Assembly: GCA_903881505.1 (NCBI GenBank) | Contig: CAIRTM010000075.1 | Coordinates: forward strand, 20,878 to 84,877 | Direction of reading: 5' to 3' | From: an uncultured delta proteobacterium | GTDB taxonomy: Bacteria > Desulfobacterota > WTBG01 > CAIYCZ01 > CAIRTM01 | Length of the DNA: 64,000 bases | Part shown: piece after piece, positions 29,703 to 40,746 of the stretch | Position numbering within the stretch: position 1 is the first letter of the stretch | How the letters are laid out: each line of letters begins with the position of its first letter | Position numbers and translations under genes: made by a program | The notes under the pieces: generated by a model | Told to the model about the DNA's origin: nothing | What the model saw: the letters and a program-made list of their open reading frames with translations, nothing else | The model's database searches: none

Positions 29703-31157
29703 TTACTGTCCAGCCGGGGTGCCTGTGGCATTGTCAGCCGCGGCGGTTGCATCTTCCGTCATGGCCTCGGCCTGCAGCACCCAGCCGCCGCCCATGGCCT
29801 GATACACCGCAACAACCGATGCAAGCGCAGAGCTTGAAAGCTGGGCCCATTTGAGTTCTGCCGGAAACAGCTGCTGCTGGGCCTGCAGCACCGTGGAGTA
29901 GGGCGCGTAGCCGCCGTTGTACTGCAGCGTGGCAAGGTGCTCGTAGTTCCGGGATGCGTTAAGCAGCCGGGTCTGCGCAGCAAGCTGCTCGCCGAGCTTC
30001 TCCCGGGAGGACAGGGCGTTCTCGGTATCGGCGAAAGCGTTCTGCACCGCCGCTTCATAGGCAGCCAGCGCGGCCTTCTGGCTGGCCGAGGCCTGCTTCA
30101 CCTGGCCGTAAATGGCGCCGAAGGTGAACAGCGGCCCCTGTACCGTTCCGGTGAACGTCCAGGATTTGGACGGATCCTTAAACAGGCGGTGCAGCTCCTC
30201 GCTTGCCTTGCCGTAGGCGCCGGTGAGCGAAATCGTCGGAAAATACAGCGCACGGGCCGCGCCGATGAGCGCGTTCTGGGCAATCAGATTTTCTTCGGCC
30301 CGGAGCACATCGGGCCGCTGGGCCAGCAGGTCGGAGGGCAGGCCAACGGGTACGGCCGGGGGAGCGAGCTCCTGAATCGTCTTTCCCCGGGGTATGGGGC
30401 CCGGGTTGCGCCCCAGCAGGAGCGACAGGGCGTTCTCCGTCTGGATGATCTGCTCCTGGATGTCGGGTATGGCGGCGGCGGCGGTCTCGTACTGCGTGCG
30501 CGCCTGCGCCACGGTCATTTCGGAGACCTGCCCGTACTGGAACTGCAGCTCGAACAGCCTCACCGATTCGCCGTAGGCCGCCAGGGAGCGCTGCGATACA
30601 GCCAGCTGTTCGTCAAGGCCGCGAAGAGCAAGATAGCTTTTGGCCACCTGTGCCACCAGCGAAAGAATCACGCCCCGCCTGGCTTCCTGCGTTGCCAGAA
30701 GGTCGGCCCGGGCGGCCTCGGTCTGCCGGCGAATCCGGCCCCAGAGGTCAAGCTCCCAGCTGGCCAGTCCATAGGCCTCAAACGTGCTGCGGGCATCGGG
30801 CCTCCCCCCCGGCAGGGTCTCGTAAAGCGTTCCGCTGGGCCGCTGCCGGGTGGCGCTGCCCTCATAGCCCAGCTGCGGGAACAGGGGAGATCTCACCTGC
30901 ATGAGCACGGCCTCGGCCTGCTCGACATTGGCAGCGGCGATCTTCACATCCTTATTGCCTGCAAGCGCCTCGGCGATGAGAGCGTCAAGCACGGGGTCGC
31001 CGAACTGCTGCCACCATGCGGTATCGATAATATCGGCCGCCTCCTGCGGCGCGTAGCGGTAGGATTCGGGCACATCCAGGCCGGGCCGGCGGTAATCAGG
31101 GCCCAGGGCGCAGCCGGCAAGCAGGACAATGGCGATGAGGAACGCCCGGCGCAGCAT
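29703..31157 (-). CDS. RND efflux outer-membrane factor lipoprotein (NodT/OprM family).
   Basis: MLRRAFLIAIVLLAGCALGPDYRRP lipobox and NodT N-terminal signature, with two coiled-coil/beta-barrel repeats. Confidence 0.85.
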   Translation of the reverse strand: MLRRAFLIAIVLLAGCALGPDYRRPGLDVPESYRYAPQEAADIIDTAWWQQFGDPVLDALIAEALAGNKDVKIAAANVEQAEAVLMQVRSPLFPQLGYEGSATRQRPSGTLYETLPGGRPDARSTFEAYGLASWELDLWGRIRRQTEAARADLLATQEARRGVILSLVAQVAKSYLALRGLDEQLAVSQRSLAAYGESVRLFELQFQYGQVSEMTVAQARTQYETAAAAIPDIQEQIIQTENALSLLLGRNPGPIPRGKTIQELAPPAVPVGLPSDLLAQRPDVLRAEENLIAQNALIGAARALYFPTISLTGAYGKASEELHRLFKDPSKSWTFTGTVQGPLFTFGAIYGQVKQASASQKAALAAYEAAVQNAFADTENALSSREKLGEQLAAQTRLLNASRNYEHLATLQYNGGYAPYSTVLQAQQQLFPAELKWAQLSSSALASVVAVYQAMGGGWVLQAEAMTEDATAAADNATGTPAGQ

Positions 31158-31158
31158 G

Positions 31159-34100
31159 TCAGCGTCCCTCCCGATTATCCGGCAGCATTGGCGCAGGACT
31201 CTTTTTCTTGTCTTTCTTCTCCTTTGAACGCTCGGCAAGGCGGTCAAACAGGTAGAAGAACAGGGGCACATAGAGCATGGCAAGGGTGGTTTCGCCGAGC
31301 ATGCCGCCAATGATGCCCGTGCCGATGGAATGGCGCGCGTTGGCGCCCGCGCCCGTCGCGATCGCAAGCGGCAGCACGCCGAGGATGAAGGCAAGGGAGG
31401 TCATGATGATGGGGCGCAGCCGCTCCTCGCCCGCCTTGATCGTGGCGTCGATAATGGAAAGGCCTTTCTGGCGAAGCTCTACGGCAAAGGTCACGCGCAG
31501 CACCGCGTTTTTGGCTCCCAAACCGATGAGCACCAGCAGGCCGATCTGGAAGTACACATCGTTTTCAAGCCCGCGCATCCAGTTGAGAATGAGCGCGCCC
31601 AGGATACCGAACGGCACGGCGGTCATGACCGAGCCCGGCAGTGACCAGGACTCGAACTGCGCGGCCAGGATCAGGAACACGATGATGAGGCCGAAGATAA
31701 AGGCGGCCGATGACGTGCCGCCCGACTTCTTCTCCTCGAACGCCAGGCCCGACCATGAATAATCAAACCCCTGCGGCAGCACCTCGGCGGCCACTTCCTC
31801 CATGACCCTGATGGCCTCGCCCGAACTGAACCCCGCCGCGGCCCCGCCCGTGATCTGGGCAGCCGGAAAGCCGTTGAAATGCGGCAGCAGGTCCGTGCCT
31901 GCGATATATTCAGTTTTTGCAAGGGCCGACATGGGCACCATGTTTCCGGCCGACGAACGCGTGTAGAGTTTGGAAATATCTCCCGGGTTCTCGCGGTAGG
32001 GCGCGTCGGACTGCAGCACCACGTTCCACACGCGGCTGTACTGGTTGTACTGGCTCACCTGCACGGAGCCGAACTGGGCCTGGATGGCGCTGTACACGTC
32101 CTGCACCGGCACCCCCAGAAGCACGGCCTTGTCGCGGTCCACCGTGATGCGCATCTGCTGCGACACGGCGTTGAAGGTCGTGTTCAGGCCCGTCAGCTCG
32201 GGCCGCGTGCGCGCCCTGGCCAGGAATTGCTGCGTTATCTCATACAAGCGCTCGGGCTGGCCGGCCCCCTTGTCCTGGATCCAGAACTCGAACCCGCCCG
32301 TGGTGCCGATGCCCGGAATGGCGGGAGGAGCAATGGGTATGAACCTGCCCTGCTCCAGGCCCTGTGCTCCGGCAGCGACTTTGAGCAGCACCGCTTTGGC
32401 GTTCTCCGCCTTGGCTTTGGCAATGGATCCGTAGCGCTCTTTGAAGTCCTTGAGCTTGACGAAAAAGGTCGAGGTGTTGCTTTTGTACTGGGCATCCAGC
32501 AGGCTGTAGCCGTTGACTTCCGTGCAGCTCAATACCGCCGGGTCGCTGCCGAAAATTTTCGCTATTTCAGCCCCCATGTCGGCCGTGCGGTTGAGGCTGG
32601 CGCCGCCGGGCATGAACAGCGTACCCAGCACATACCCCTGGTCCTCGTTCGGTACAAAGCTCGTGGGCAGCACCTTGAACAGCACGACCAGCAGCGCGAC
32701 AAGAAAGGCCAGCGCCACGAAGGCTTTTTTCACATTGTGGATGACCCACAGCACCAGGTCTCCGAACCACAGCGTGACGCGGTCGACCTGGCGGTTGAAC
32801 CAGCCGAACAATCCCGTCTGTTTGAGCCCGGCATGCTTGAGCATCAGGCCGCACATGGCCGGCGTGAGCGTGAGGGCGATGAAGCCCGACAGCGCCACCG
32901 ATATGACGATCGTGATGGCGAACTGCTTGTACAGCTGCCCTGTGGTGCCGGGCAGGAATGCGGCCGGGATGAAGACCGAGGCCATGACGAGCACCACGGC
33001 GATAAGGGACGTGCCTATTTCCTCCATGGCGCGGATGGTGGCCTCCCGTGGCCCGAGCTTGTTCACGACCATGTTGCGTTCGACATTTTCGACAACGACG
33101 ATGGCGTCATCAACAACCATGCCGATGGCCAGCACGATGCCGAACAGGGTGAGCAGATTGATGGAAAAGCCCATGGCAAGCATGCCGATGAAGGTGCCGA
33201 TCAGGGAGACGAAAATCGCCACCGTGCAGATGATGGTCGAGCGGAAGCTCTGCAGGAAGAGATACACCACGAGCACGACCAGTATCACGGCCTCCCACAG
33301 GGTCTGGATGACTTCCTCGATGGAGATGCGCACGAAATCGTTGGTGTCAAGCGCCAGGAAGTATTCGATGCCGTCGGGCATGGTGCGCTTCATGTCCTCC
33401 ATGACCTGCATGACGCCTTTTGACACCTCCAGGCCGTTGGCGCCCGGCTGCTGGTAGACGCAGATGAAACTCGCGGGCATGCCGTTGAAGCGGTTGCGGT
33501 CGATGTACTGGCGCCGGCCGACCTCGGCACGTGCCACGTCTTTGACGCGCACGATGGCGCTGCCGTCGCGGCTGGCGCGCAGGATGATGTTTTCATACTG
33601 CTCCGGGTCGGTGAACTGGGGCTGGGTGACCATGGGAAACGTCAGCTGCGTTTTGCCCGAGTTGGGCTCCTGCCCGATCTGTCCCGCCCCGAACAGGGCG
33701 TTCTGGTTGGCCACTGCCTGCTGAATGTCGGTCGTGGTGATGCCAAGGGATGCCATGCGGTCGGGGTTCATCCAGATGAGCATGGCCTGGTCGGGCACGC
33801 CGAACATGGCCGACTGGCCCGCGCCGTTCACGCGTTTGATCGCGTCCAGCACGTAGATGTTGGCGTAGTTGTTCACGTAGTCGGGGCTGTAGCGGCCGTC
33901 CTTGTTGAACAGGGCGATGATCATCATGATGCTGGAGGACTTTTTCTGCACCGACACGCCGTACTGCTTCACGGCGTCGGGCAGCTGAGGAGCCGCCAGG
34001 CTCACCCGGTTCTGCACCTGCACCTGCGCCATGTCCGGGTCGGTGTTCAGGGTAAAATACACCGTGATGGTCATCTGGCCGGTATTGGAGCTCGTGGAGG

Positions 34101-34338
34101 TCATGTAGAGCATGTTGTCGACGCCGTTGATCTGGGCCTCGATGGGCGCGGCCACGGCATCGGCCACGGTTTTCGAGTCGGCGCCGGGATAGGTCGTAGT
34201 GACCGTCACCTGCACGGGCGTGATGGTGGGATACTGCTCGATGGGGAGCATTTTCATGCACACCAGGCCCGCTATCGAGATAATGAGCGCGACAACGGTT
34301 GCGAATATAGGCCGCTCTATGAAGAATTTCGAGAACAT
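31159..34338 (-). CDS. RND multidrug efflux permease (AcrB/MexB family).
   Basis: 1059 aa with 12 TM helices and large periplasmic loops. The N-terminus MFSKFFIERPIFATVVALIISIAGL is typical. RBS GGAGAGG. Confidence 0.9.
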   Translation of the reverse strand: MFSKFFIERPIFATVVALIISIAGLVCMKMLPIEQYPTITPVQVTVTTTYPGADSKTVADAVAAPIEAQINGVDNMLYMTSTSSNTGQMTITVYFTLNTDPDMAQVQVQNRVSLAAPQLPDAVKQYGVSVQKKSSSIMMIIALFNKDGRYSPDYVNNYANIYVLDAIKRVNGAGQSAMFGVPDQAMLIWMNPDRMASLGITTTDIQQAVANQNALFGAGQIGQEPNSGKTQLTFPMVTQPQFTDPEQYENIILRASRDGSAIVRVKDVARAEVGRRQYIDRNRFNGMPASFICVYQQPGANGLEVSKGVMQVMEDMKRTMPDGIEYFLALDTNDFVRISIEEVIQTLWEAVILVVLVVYLFLQSFRSTIICTVAIFVSLIGTFIGMLAMGFSINLLTLFGIVLAIGMVVDDAIVVVENVERNMVVNKLGPREATIRAMEEIGTSLIAVVLVMASVFIPAAFLPGTTGQLYKQFAITIVISVALSGFIALTLTPAMCGLMLKHAGLKQTGLFGWFNRQVDRVTLWFGDLVLWVIHNVKKAFVALAFLVALLVVLFKVLPTSFVPNEDQGYVLGTLFMPGGASLNRTADMGAEIAKIFGSDPAVLSCTEVNGYSLLDAQYKSNTSTFFVKLKDFKERYGSIAKAKAENAKAVLLKVAAGAQGLEQGRFIPIAPPAIPGIGTTGGFEFWIQDKGAGQPERLYEITQQFLARARTRPELTGLNTTFNAVSQQMRITVDRDKAVLLGVPVQDVYSAIQAQFGSVQVSQYNQYSRVWNVVLQSDAPYRENPGDISKLYTRSSAGNMVPMSALAKTEYIAGTDLLPHFNGFPAAQITGGAAAGFSSGEAIRVMEEVAAEVLPQGFDYSWSGLAFEEKKSGGTSSAAFIFGLIIVFLILAAQFESWSLPGSVMTAVPFGILGALILNWMRGLENDVYFQIGLLVLIGLGAKNAVLRVTFAVELRQKGLSIIDATIKAGEERLRPIIMTSLAFILGVLPLAIATGAGANARHSIGTGIIGGMLGETTLAMLYVPLFFYLFDRLAERSKEKKDKKKSPAPMLPDNREGR

Positions 34339-34351
34339 GCGCCTCTCCGGG

Positions 34352-35536
34352 CTACTGTTTGGATGCTTGGCCGCCCTGCGTATCCCTGATTTTTACGGCG
34401 CCGCCGGGGCGCACGGTCATGCCGCCGTCCACAACGATGCGCTCGCCGCCCGTCAGCCCCTCGGTGATGAACCAGTCACCACCCTGCCAGTCTCCGACCG
34501 TCACGGGCCGCGGCTCGGCCTTGTCGTCCTTGTCCAGAATCCAGATGAAATGCCCCTTGGAGCCCTGCTGCACGGCGCGCTGGGGCACCAGGATGGCATT
34601 GGGCCTCACGGCCCCTTTAAGCCGCACGCGCACGTACTGGTTGGGGCGCAGCACGTTGTCGGGATTATCAACGCTCACGCGCAGCAGAAAAGTGCCGGTC
34701 TGCGTGTTGTAAGAAGGCGCCGCGAACGTGATCTTCCCCGTATTGGGAAATGTCGAGCCGTCCACGAGAATGATCTCAACGGTATAGTTCGCGTCGGCAG
34801 GCGGCCGGATCCTGCCGCTTTGCACCTCGTTGCGGCTGCGCTGCAGCTCGTTCTCGGAGATGCTGAAATTGACCCACATGGGCGAGAGGGCCTCCACGGT
34901 GGTGAGCTGGCTGTTCTGGGGGTTGATATAGGTGCCGTCCTGCTGGAGCGCGGCGCTGGTGATGCCGTTCACCGGCGAGGTGATCACGGTGTAGGACAGG
35001 TTCAGCTTTGCCTGCTCGACCTGCGCCTTTGCCTGCTCCACAGCGGCCGCCGTTGAATCGAAACGGCCCGTTGCATCATCGAGGTCCTTCTGCGACAGTG
35101 CATTTTTCTCGGCCAGCGGCTTTGTGCGCTCATAGTTCTGCTGCGCCGTCGTGTGGGCGGCCTGCTGCCGCGCAAGCGCTGCCTGCGCCTGGTCAAGCTG
35201 CACCTTGAAAGGCTTCTGGTCCATCAAAAAGAGCGTATCTCCCTCTTTCACGATGGAGCCTTCCGTGTATACGCGCTTTTCGAGAAATCCGCTTACCCGG
35301 GCATGGATGTTCACCTGACGCGAACTCTGCGTCTGGGCGACATATTCCGGCGCTATGGGAACATCCTGCGGCACCACGATCATGGCCGTGACCTCGGGCG
35401 TTGCCGGCCCCGGTGACTGCTGGTCCCTGCCGCAGCCTGCCTGCAGGCACAGCAGGGCCAGAATTACGAACGGTTCGGGGCGGAAAAAACGGCAGCGCTG
35501 CCGGCGGAACGCAGCGTGTACTCCACGGGTTTTCAT
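34352..35536 (-). CDS. RND efflux periplasmic adaptor (membrane fusion protein, AcrA family), lipoprotein.
   Basis: MKTRGV...[11 protein letters not shown] lipobox, then coiled-coil, lipoyl and beta-barrel segments. Start ATG 35536, 6 nt after GGAGGA. Confidence 0.85.
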   Translation of the reverse strand: MKTRGVHAAFRRQRCRFFRPEPFVILALLCLQAGCGRDQQSPGPATPEVTAMIVVPQDVPIAPEYVAQTQSSRQVNIHARVSGFLEKRVYTEGSIVKEGDTLFLMDQKPFKVQLDQAQAALARQQAAHTTAQQNYERTKPLAEKNALSQKDLDDATGRFDSTAAAVEQAKAQVEQAKLNLSYTVITSPVNGITSAALQQDGTYINPQNSQLTTVEALSPMWVNFSISENELQRSRNEVQSGRIRPPADANYTVEIILVDGSTFPNTGKITFAAPSYNTQTGTFLLRVSVDNPDNVLRPNQYVRVRLKGAVRPNAILVPQRAVQQGSKGHFIWILDKDDKAEPRPVTVGDWQGGDWFITEGLTGGERIVVDGGMTVRPGGAVKIRDTQGGQASKQ

Positions 35537-35602
35537 CATGTCCTCCTGCAAAAGGCCTGTTGACAGCGCCGAGATGCTTGAAATGTGCCTGCAGCGGGAG
35601 CA

Positions 35603-35632
35603 AGTATAGCCGCAGGGCGGAGTGCATGTCAA
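35603..35632 (-). promoter_or_regulatory. Near-consensus sigma70 promoter for the RND operon. Read on the minus strand: TTGACA-18-TATACT.
   Basis: The minus-strand -35 hexamer TTGACA (35632-35627 on the + strand) and -10 hexamer TATACT (35608-35603) are separated by an 18-nt spacer, about 60 nt upstream of the adaptor ATG. Confidence 0.5.
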
Positions 35633-35686
35633 GCACGACAGCCCGCACCCGGCTGCCCGGGTGCAGGCAGCGCGGCAAACTTTATG

Positions 35687-35715
35687 TTGACACCCGTCCG
35701 CTCACTGCCTATACT
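35687..35715 (+). promoter_or_regulatory. Near-consensus sigma70 promoter TTGACA-17-TATACT for the UDP-sugar dehydrogenase gene.
   Basis: -35 at 35687-35692, spacer 17 nt, -10 at 35710-35715, ATG 40 nt downstream. Confidence 0.5.
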
Positions 35716-35754
35716 TTGCCCCGTCAAAAAACCTTTTTCCGGCAGGAAATCCCA

Positions 35755-37032
35755 ATGCTCCAGCTTGCAAGCGCGCGCATAGCGATCATCGGACTCGGAT
35801 ACGTGGGCCTGCCGCTGGCCGTCGAATTCGGCAGGCATTTCCCGACGCTGGGCTTCGACATCAATGCCGGACGCATACGCGAACTCGCCGGCGGATGGGA
35901 CCGTACGCTCGAGGTTGACCGCGACGAACTCGCCTCGGCACCCCTGCTGCGCTACGAAAGCGACCCGGCCGCGCTCAGGGACTGCAACACCTACATCGTC
36001 ACGGTCCCCACCCCGATCGATGAGCATAAAAGGCCCGACCTCACGCCGCTGCAGCGGGCAAGCGAGCTGCTTGGCATGGTCGTTAAAAAAGGCGATGTGG
36101 TGGTATACGAATCAACGGTCTATCCGGGCTGCACCGAGGACGATTGTATCCCAATCATCGAGCGCGCCTCCGGCCTGCGATTCAACATCGATTTTTTTGC
36201 GGGCTACAGCCCTGAGCGCATCAACCCCGGCGACAAACAGCACCGGGTGACCGGCATCGTGAAAGTTACCTCGGGATCCACGCCCGGGGCGGCCCAGTAC
36301 GTCGACGGCCTCTACCGCACCATCATTACGGCCGGTACGCACCGGGCCAGCAGCATCAAAGTCGCCGAAGCGGCCAAGGTCATCGAAAACACGCAGCGTG
36401 ATGTCAATATCGCCCTGATCAACGAACTCGCCCTGATCTTCAACCGGCTCGGCATCGATACCCTGGAAGTGCTCGAGGCCGCCGGCAGCAAATGGAACTT
36501 CCTGCCGTTCCGGCCCGGCCTTGTAGGCGGACACTGCATCGGGGTCGACCCCTACTACCTCACGCACAAAGCGCAGGAAATCGGCTACCACCCGGAGGTC
36601 ATACTCGCCGGCCGGCGCATCAACGACACCATGGGCCTCTACGTGACTGATACGGTCGTCAAGCTGATGACGCGCAAGCGCATCCACGTGGTGGACTCCG
36701 ACGTGCTGGTCATGGGGCTTTCGTTCAAGGAAAACTGCCCCGACATCCGCAACACGCGGGTAATCGACATTATGCGTGAATTCCAAAGCTACAACGCCCG
36801 CGTCGACGTTTACGACCCGTGGGTCGATCCCGCCGAGGCCGAGCGCGAATACGGCGTCACAACGCTGAAGGATATTCCTTCGAAGCAGTATGACGCCGTC
36901 ATAGTCGCCGTGGCGCACCGCGAGTTCGCCGAGATGGGTGCTGCGGGCATCCGCCGCCTTTTGAAGCCCAGTTCGGTGCTCTTCGACATCAAGCACGTTC
37001 TGCCCCGGGAAGCCTCTGACGCGCGGCTGTAG
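35755..37032 (+). CDS. Nucleotide-sugar dehydrogenase (UDP-GlcNAc/UDP-ManNAc 6-dehydrogenase family, WbpA/TviB-like).
   Basis: [22 protein letters not shown] Rossmann N-terminus. The catalytic Cys sits in GGHCIGVDP. 425 aa. Confidence 0.85.
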   Translation: MLQLASARIAIIGLGYVGLPLAVEFGRHFPTLGFDINAGRIRELAGGWDRTLEVDRDELASAPLLRYESDPAALRDCNTYIVTVPTPIDEHKRPDLTPLQRASELLGMVVKKGDVVVYESTVYPGCTEDDCIPIIERASGLRFNIDFFAGYSPERINPGDKQHRVTGIVKVTSGSTPGAAQYVDGLYRTIITAGTHRASSIKVAEAAKVIENTQRDVNIALINELALIFNRLGIDTLEVLEAAGSKWNFLPFRPGLVGGHCIGVDPYYLTHKAQEIGYHPEVILAGRRINDTMGLYVTDTVVKLMTRKRIHVVDSDVLVMGLSFKENCPDIRNTRVIDIMREFQSYNARVDVYDPWVDPAEAEREYGVTTLKDIPSKQYDAVIVAVAHREFAEMGAAGIRRLLKPSSVLFDIKHVLPREASDARL

Positions 37033-37149
37033 CATCGCTGCTGCGTCCGGCCGCATCGTGTCCGCATACGATTGCCGCGCCCGGGAAATGCGCATCCGCG
37101 AAGTTTTTCCCGCGCACAGAGAGGCTCCCGGCAACCAGGAAAGCCGGCC

Positions 37150-37785
37150 ATGCCTGTCATTACCATTGACCCGAACGCGCCCGACGAACAGGCCCTGCGC
37201 GAAGCAGCAGCCATCATCATGCAGGGCGGCATCGTGATCTATCCGACCGAAACCGTGTACGGGATCGGCGTGCGCTATGACGATGAGCAGGCCCTTGCTC
37301 GCCTGTTCGACCTGAAAGGCCGCGCCGACCGTAAGCCGGTTTTACTGCTGCTGCAGCGCTCCGAAGACTTGCAGCGCATCAGCAGGAACGTGCCGCCCGA
37401 GGCGCTGCTGCTTGCAGAGCGCTTCTGGCCCGGGCCCCTGACCCTGGTGGTGCCGGCCGCCCCTGATCTCTCAAGGGCCCTCACCGGCGGCGGCGCCACG
37501 GTCGGCTGCCGCATTTCAAGCCACCCGGTGGCAGCCGCCCTCGCTCTGGCCTGCGGCCTGCCCATTACCTCCACCAGCGCAAATCTCAGCGGCGGGCCCA
37601 ACCCGTCGTCAATTGCCGATATCCCGTCTGATGTCATCTCCCGGGCCGATATTGTCATTGACGCCGGTTCAACGGCCTGCAGCCTTCCCTCAACCGTCTA
37701 TGATGTTTCCCGCTCACCGTTCCGCCTTGTGCGGCCGGGCTGCATTGCCGAGTCCGACATCATCTGCGCGCTGAACCTGCGCTGA
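37150..37785 (+). CDS. tsaC: L-threonylcarbamoyladenylate synthase (YrdC/TsaC family).
   Basis: IVIYPTETVYGIG...FDLKGRADRKPVLLL...TSTSANLSG motifs. 211 aa. Confidence 0.85.
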   Translation: MPVITIDPNAPDEQALREAAAIIMQGGIVIYPTETVYGIGVRYDDEQALARLFDLKGRADRKPVLLLLQRSEDLQRISRNVPPEALLLAERFWPGPLTLVVPAAPDLSRALTGGGATVGCRISSHPVAAALALACGLPITSTSANLSGGPNPSSIADIPSDVISRADIVIDAGSTACSLPSTVYDVSRSPFRLVRPGCIAESDIICALNLR

Positions 37786-37906
37786 ATAAACCGCAGTGCG
37801 CAAAATCTGCCTAAAATTCTAATGGATAGCTATATAATAACCGATATGCTGAAGAGTTGAAAATTTATATACATATCACGAATGCGATCTTCCTGCTCTC
37901 ACAGCC

Positions 37907-38566
37907 ATGATTCACATCCATCAGGCATCGAAATACTACAACAACGCCATCCCCGCGCTGGTAGATATCAGCTTTAAAATTAACAAGGGCGATTTTGTTT
38001 TTATCACCGGCCCCAGCGGCGCGGGCAAGACAACCCTGCTGAGGCTGATGTTCTGCGCCGAGCGCCCGAGCTCAGGCGAGATCATCCTCAACGGCGTCAA
38101 TATCAGCCGCATCAAGCCGTCGGCGATACCCGCGCTGCGCCGCAGCATCGGAGTTGTTTTTCAGGACTTCAAGCTCATTGACAGCCGGACGGTGTATGAA
38201 AATGTGGCCTTCGCGCTCGAGATAACCGGGGCGGGCGCCAAGACCATTAAAAAAAAGGTCTGGCAGACCCTGAAGTGGGTCGGCCTGCTGCAGAAAAAAG
38301 ACTCCCTGCCGCCCTGCCTTTCCGGAGGCGAGCAGCAGCGCGTGGCGATCGCGCGGGCCATCGTCAACAACCCGCTCCTGCTGCTGGCCGATGAGCCGAC
38401 CGGCAACCTGGACCCGCAGCTCTCCCTTGATATCATGAGGCTGTTCAAGGCCATCAACGCGCGTGGCACCACCATCGTGGTCGCAACGCACAACCGCGGC
38501 ATGGCCGAGCAGTTCTCCGATAAAATAATCTGCCTGAGCAGGAGGCATTCGATTGAACCCTGTTAA
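37907..38566 (+). CDS. ftsE: Cell-division ABC ATPase FtsE.
   Basis: GPSGAGKTT Walker [15 protein letters not shown] signature, 219 aa, immediately followed by ftsX. Confidence 0.9.
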   Translation: MIHIHQASKYYNNAIPALVDISFKINKGDFVFITGPSGAGKTTLLRLMFCAERPSSGEIILNGVNISRIKPSAIPALRRSIGVVFQDFKLIDSRTVYENVAFALEITGAGAKTIKKKVWQTLKWVGLLQKKDSLPPCLSGGEQQRVAIARAIVNNPLLLLADEPTGNLDPQLSLDIMRLFKAINARGTTIVVATHNRGMAEQFSDKIICLSRRHSIEPC

Positions 38567-39470
38567 CGCCGCCGCCCGGTTGCGCTACTGTGTCGCAAGC
38601 GCGCTGAACAACCTGCGCCGCAACCTGGCGCTCAGCCTTATCACCACCTCAACGATCGCCGTGATGTTTACGATCTGCACCGCGATGCTGCTGGTGCTGC
38701 TCAACCTGTCGGCATTCATGCAGACCTGGGCCGATCAGCTGCAAATTATCGTCTACTTCGAGATGAAGGCTTCAGAAAAGGACATGCAGCGTTTTGAGAA
38801 GGAAATCGCGGGGCGGCCCGAGGTCGAGCAGGCCCGGCATGTCTCGCCCGAGGAGGCCATGAGCCTTTTGAAACGCTCGCTTGAGGGGCAGGACGGCATT
38901 TTATACGGCCTGCCGGACAACCCGCTGCCGGCATCGCTTGAAATCAGGCTGCGCAAACCCTACCTCACGAATGAAGCAGTACAAGCCTTCGTGGCCGGCA
39001 TTACCCGTGAGCCGCCGGTGGCCGACATCGAGTATGGGCAGCGCTGGCTTGAGCGTTTCGTCGCTTTTTTTGAGCTGGCGCGGCTGATCGGCCTGCTGCT
39101 GGGCGTCTTTTTAATTATATTCACCTACTGCATCATCGCCAACACCATCCGGCTGATGGTCTACAGCCGCCGCGATGAGATCGAAATCATGAAACTGGTC
39201 GGCGCCGGAAGCCTGATGGTCAAGTTTCCCTTCTGGCTGGAAGGCGCACTGCAGGGCTCATGCGGCGCTGTCGCGGCGCTGCTGATTATTTTTGGAGCTG
39301 AAAAACTGGCCATGGATAATCTCGCCGCCATCCTGAACTTCTATTTCGGCTCCGGCAGCTATGTGTTCCTGACCTGGCCGATGGCGGCTGCCGTTACCGC
39401 GTCAGGCGGATTGCTCGGCCTGGCGGGCAGTTTTTTCGCCGTCAACCGTCTTGACGCACACTACAGTTGA
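38553..39470 (+). CDS. ftsX: Cell-division permease FtsX.
   Basis: 305 aa. One N-terminal TM helix, a periplasmic domain, and three C-terminal TM helices. Overlaps ftsE by 14 nt. Confidence 0.85.
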   Translation: MNPVNAAARLRYCVASALNNLRRNLALSLITTSTIAVMFTICTAMLLVLLNLSAFMQTWADQLQIIVYFEMKASEKDMQRFEKEIAGRPEVEQARHVSPEEAMSLLKRSLEGQDGILYGLPDNPLPASLEIRLRKPYLTNEAVQAFVAGITREPPVADIEYGQRWLERFVAFFELARLIGLLLGVFLIIFTYCIIANTIRLMVYSRRDEIEIMKLVGAGSLMVKFPFWLEGALQGSCGAVAALLIIFGAEKLAMDNLAAILNFYFGSGSYVFLTWPMAAAVTASGGLLGLAGSFFAVNRLDAHYS

Positions 39471-40651
39471 CCATGTCGGCGCGTATTCCTTTTATGCTAT
39501 GGTGTGTGCTGCTGGGCGCAGCCCTTGCCCCGGCGCCGGCCGCGCGTGCGCAAACCGCACAGGCCGCAGAGTCCGGGCAGACCTCGCTGAAGGATGTCAG
39601 CGACAAAATACAGCAGCAGAAAAAAAAGCTCGCGCAGGTTGAAAAAGAAGAGGCCGAAGTCATCAGCCGCCTGCATGAAATCGAACAGCGCCTGCTGGGG
39701 GAAAACAGGCAGTATGAAAGCATCGCACAGGAAATCAACGGCCTGCAGGAGGATATAGGCAGGGCCCGCAGCCGCGTGCTGGCCGCACAGAAGGAATCCG
39801 GCGCTCAGCAGCAGGTCGCGGGGAAACGCATCAGCGCCCTGTACAAATACTATCGCCGCAGCGGGCTGCGCATTCTGCTCTCAAGCCAAAACTACAGCGA
39901 CCTGCTGAGGACCGAATATGCGCTCGGCTTGATCGTCGATCGCGATTATGCGCTTTTGAACCGCTCGATCGCGGCGCTCAGGCAGCAGCGCCACTATGAA
40001 GCCGAGCTGCAGTCGCGCCAGGGCAGGCTCGAGGAATCACGCTTGCAAATCGCCCGGACACGCGAGCAGATCAAAAGCACGCAGCAGGAGCGCTCGTCGC
40101 ACCTCGACGAAATCCAGCAGGAAAAATCCCTGCAGCTCAAGGCCCTCCGGGAGCTCGAGGAATATTCCCGCCGGCTGCAGCAGTTCATCGACGAACTGCC
40201 CGGGTCAAAAAAAGAGTATGCCCCCTCAGGCACGCCCTTTTCGCAGATGCGCGCCCGCCTTGAGTTTCCGCTCAAGGGCGACATTATCGAGCGTTTCGGC
40301 AAGCAGGAGCATCCCGAGCTGAAAACCCACACGTACCAGAAGGGAATTACCATCAAGGCGCCCGCCGGCACGCCGGTGCGGGCCGTGCATGACGGCAGGG
40401 TCGCCTTTGCCGACTGGTTCAAGGGCTACGGGCTCATGATCATTATCGACCATGGCGAGCACTACTACAGCCTGTCGGCGCACGCCTCCGAGCTGCTGAA
40501 AAAGGTCAATGATGTCGTGTCCGCGGGCGAGACGATCGCGCATGCGGGTGACACCAATTCGCTCAAGGGCGCGGGGCTCTATTTTGAAATCAGGCATTAC
40601 GGCAAGCCGCAGGATCCGCTCGTCTGGCTGAAAAAAGGCGGCAACAGGTAA
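39467..40651 (+). CDS. envC: Murein hydrolase activator EnvC-like (coiled-coil plus degenerate M23/LytM domain).
   Basis: Signal peptide, a long Q/E/R-rich coiled coil, and a C-terminal M23 domain (GITIKAPAGTPVRAVHDGRV...IIIDHGEHYYSLSAHA). Overlaps ftsX by 4 nt. Confidence 0.8.
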   Translation: MTMSARIPFMLWCVLLGAALAPAPAARAQTAQAAESGQTSLKDVSDKIQQQKKKLAQVEKEEAEVISRLHEIEQRLLGENRQYESIAQEINGLQEDIGRARSRVLAAQKESGAQQQVAGKRISALYKYYRRSGLRILLSSQNYSDLLRTEYALGLIVDRDYALLNRSIAALRQQRHYEAELQSRQGRLEESRLQIARTREQIKSTQQERSSHLDEIQQEKSLQLKALRELEEYSRRLQQFIDELPGSKKEYAPSGTPFSQMRARLEFPLKGDIIERFGKQEHPELKTHTYQKGITIKAPAGTPVRAVHDGRVAFADWFKGYGLMIIIDHGEHYYSLSAHASELLKKVNDVVSAGETIAHAGDTNSLKGAGLYFEIRHYGKPQDPLVWLKKGGNR

Positions 40652-40681
40652 CGGCCGGAGCGGCGCACGATTTTTTTGCAT

Positions 40682-40711
40682 TTGCCTGCCGCTGCCGCTA
40701 TCGGCTATAAT
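40682..40711 (+). promoter_or_regulatory. Sigma70-like promoter TTGCCT-18-TATAAT upstream of ctpA.
   Basis: -35 at 40682-40687, -10 TATAAT at 40706-40711, and an AGGAG RBS 8 nt before ATG 40747. Confidence 0.45.
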
Positions 40712-40746
40712 CTGAACAGGTAACCTTCGAACACACAGGAGCTCTC

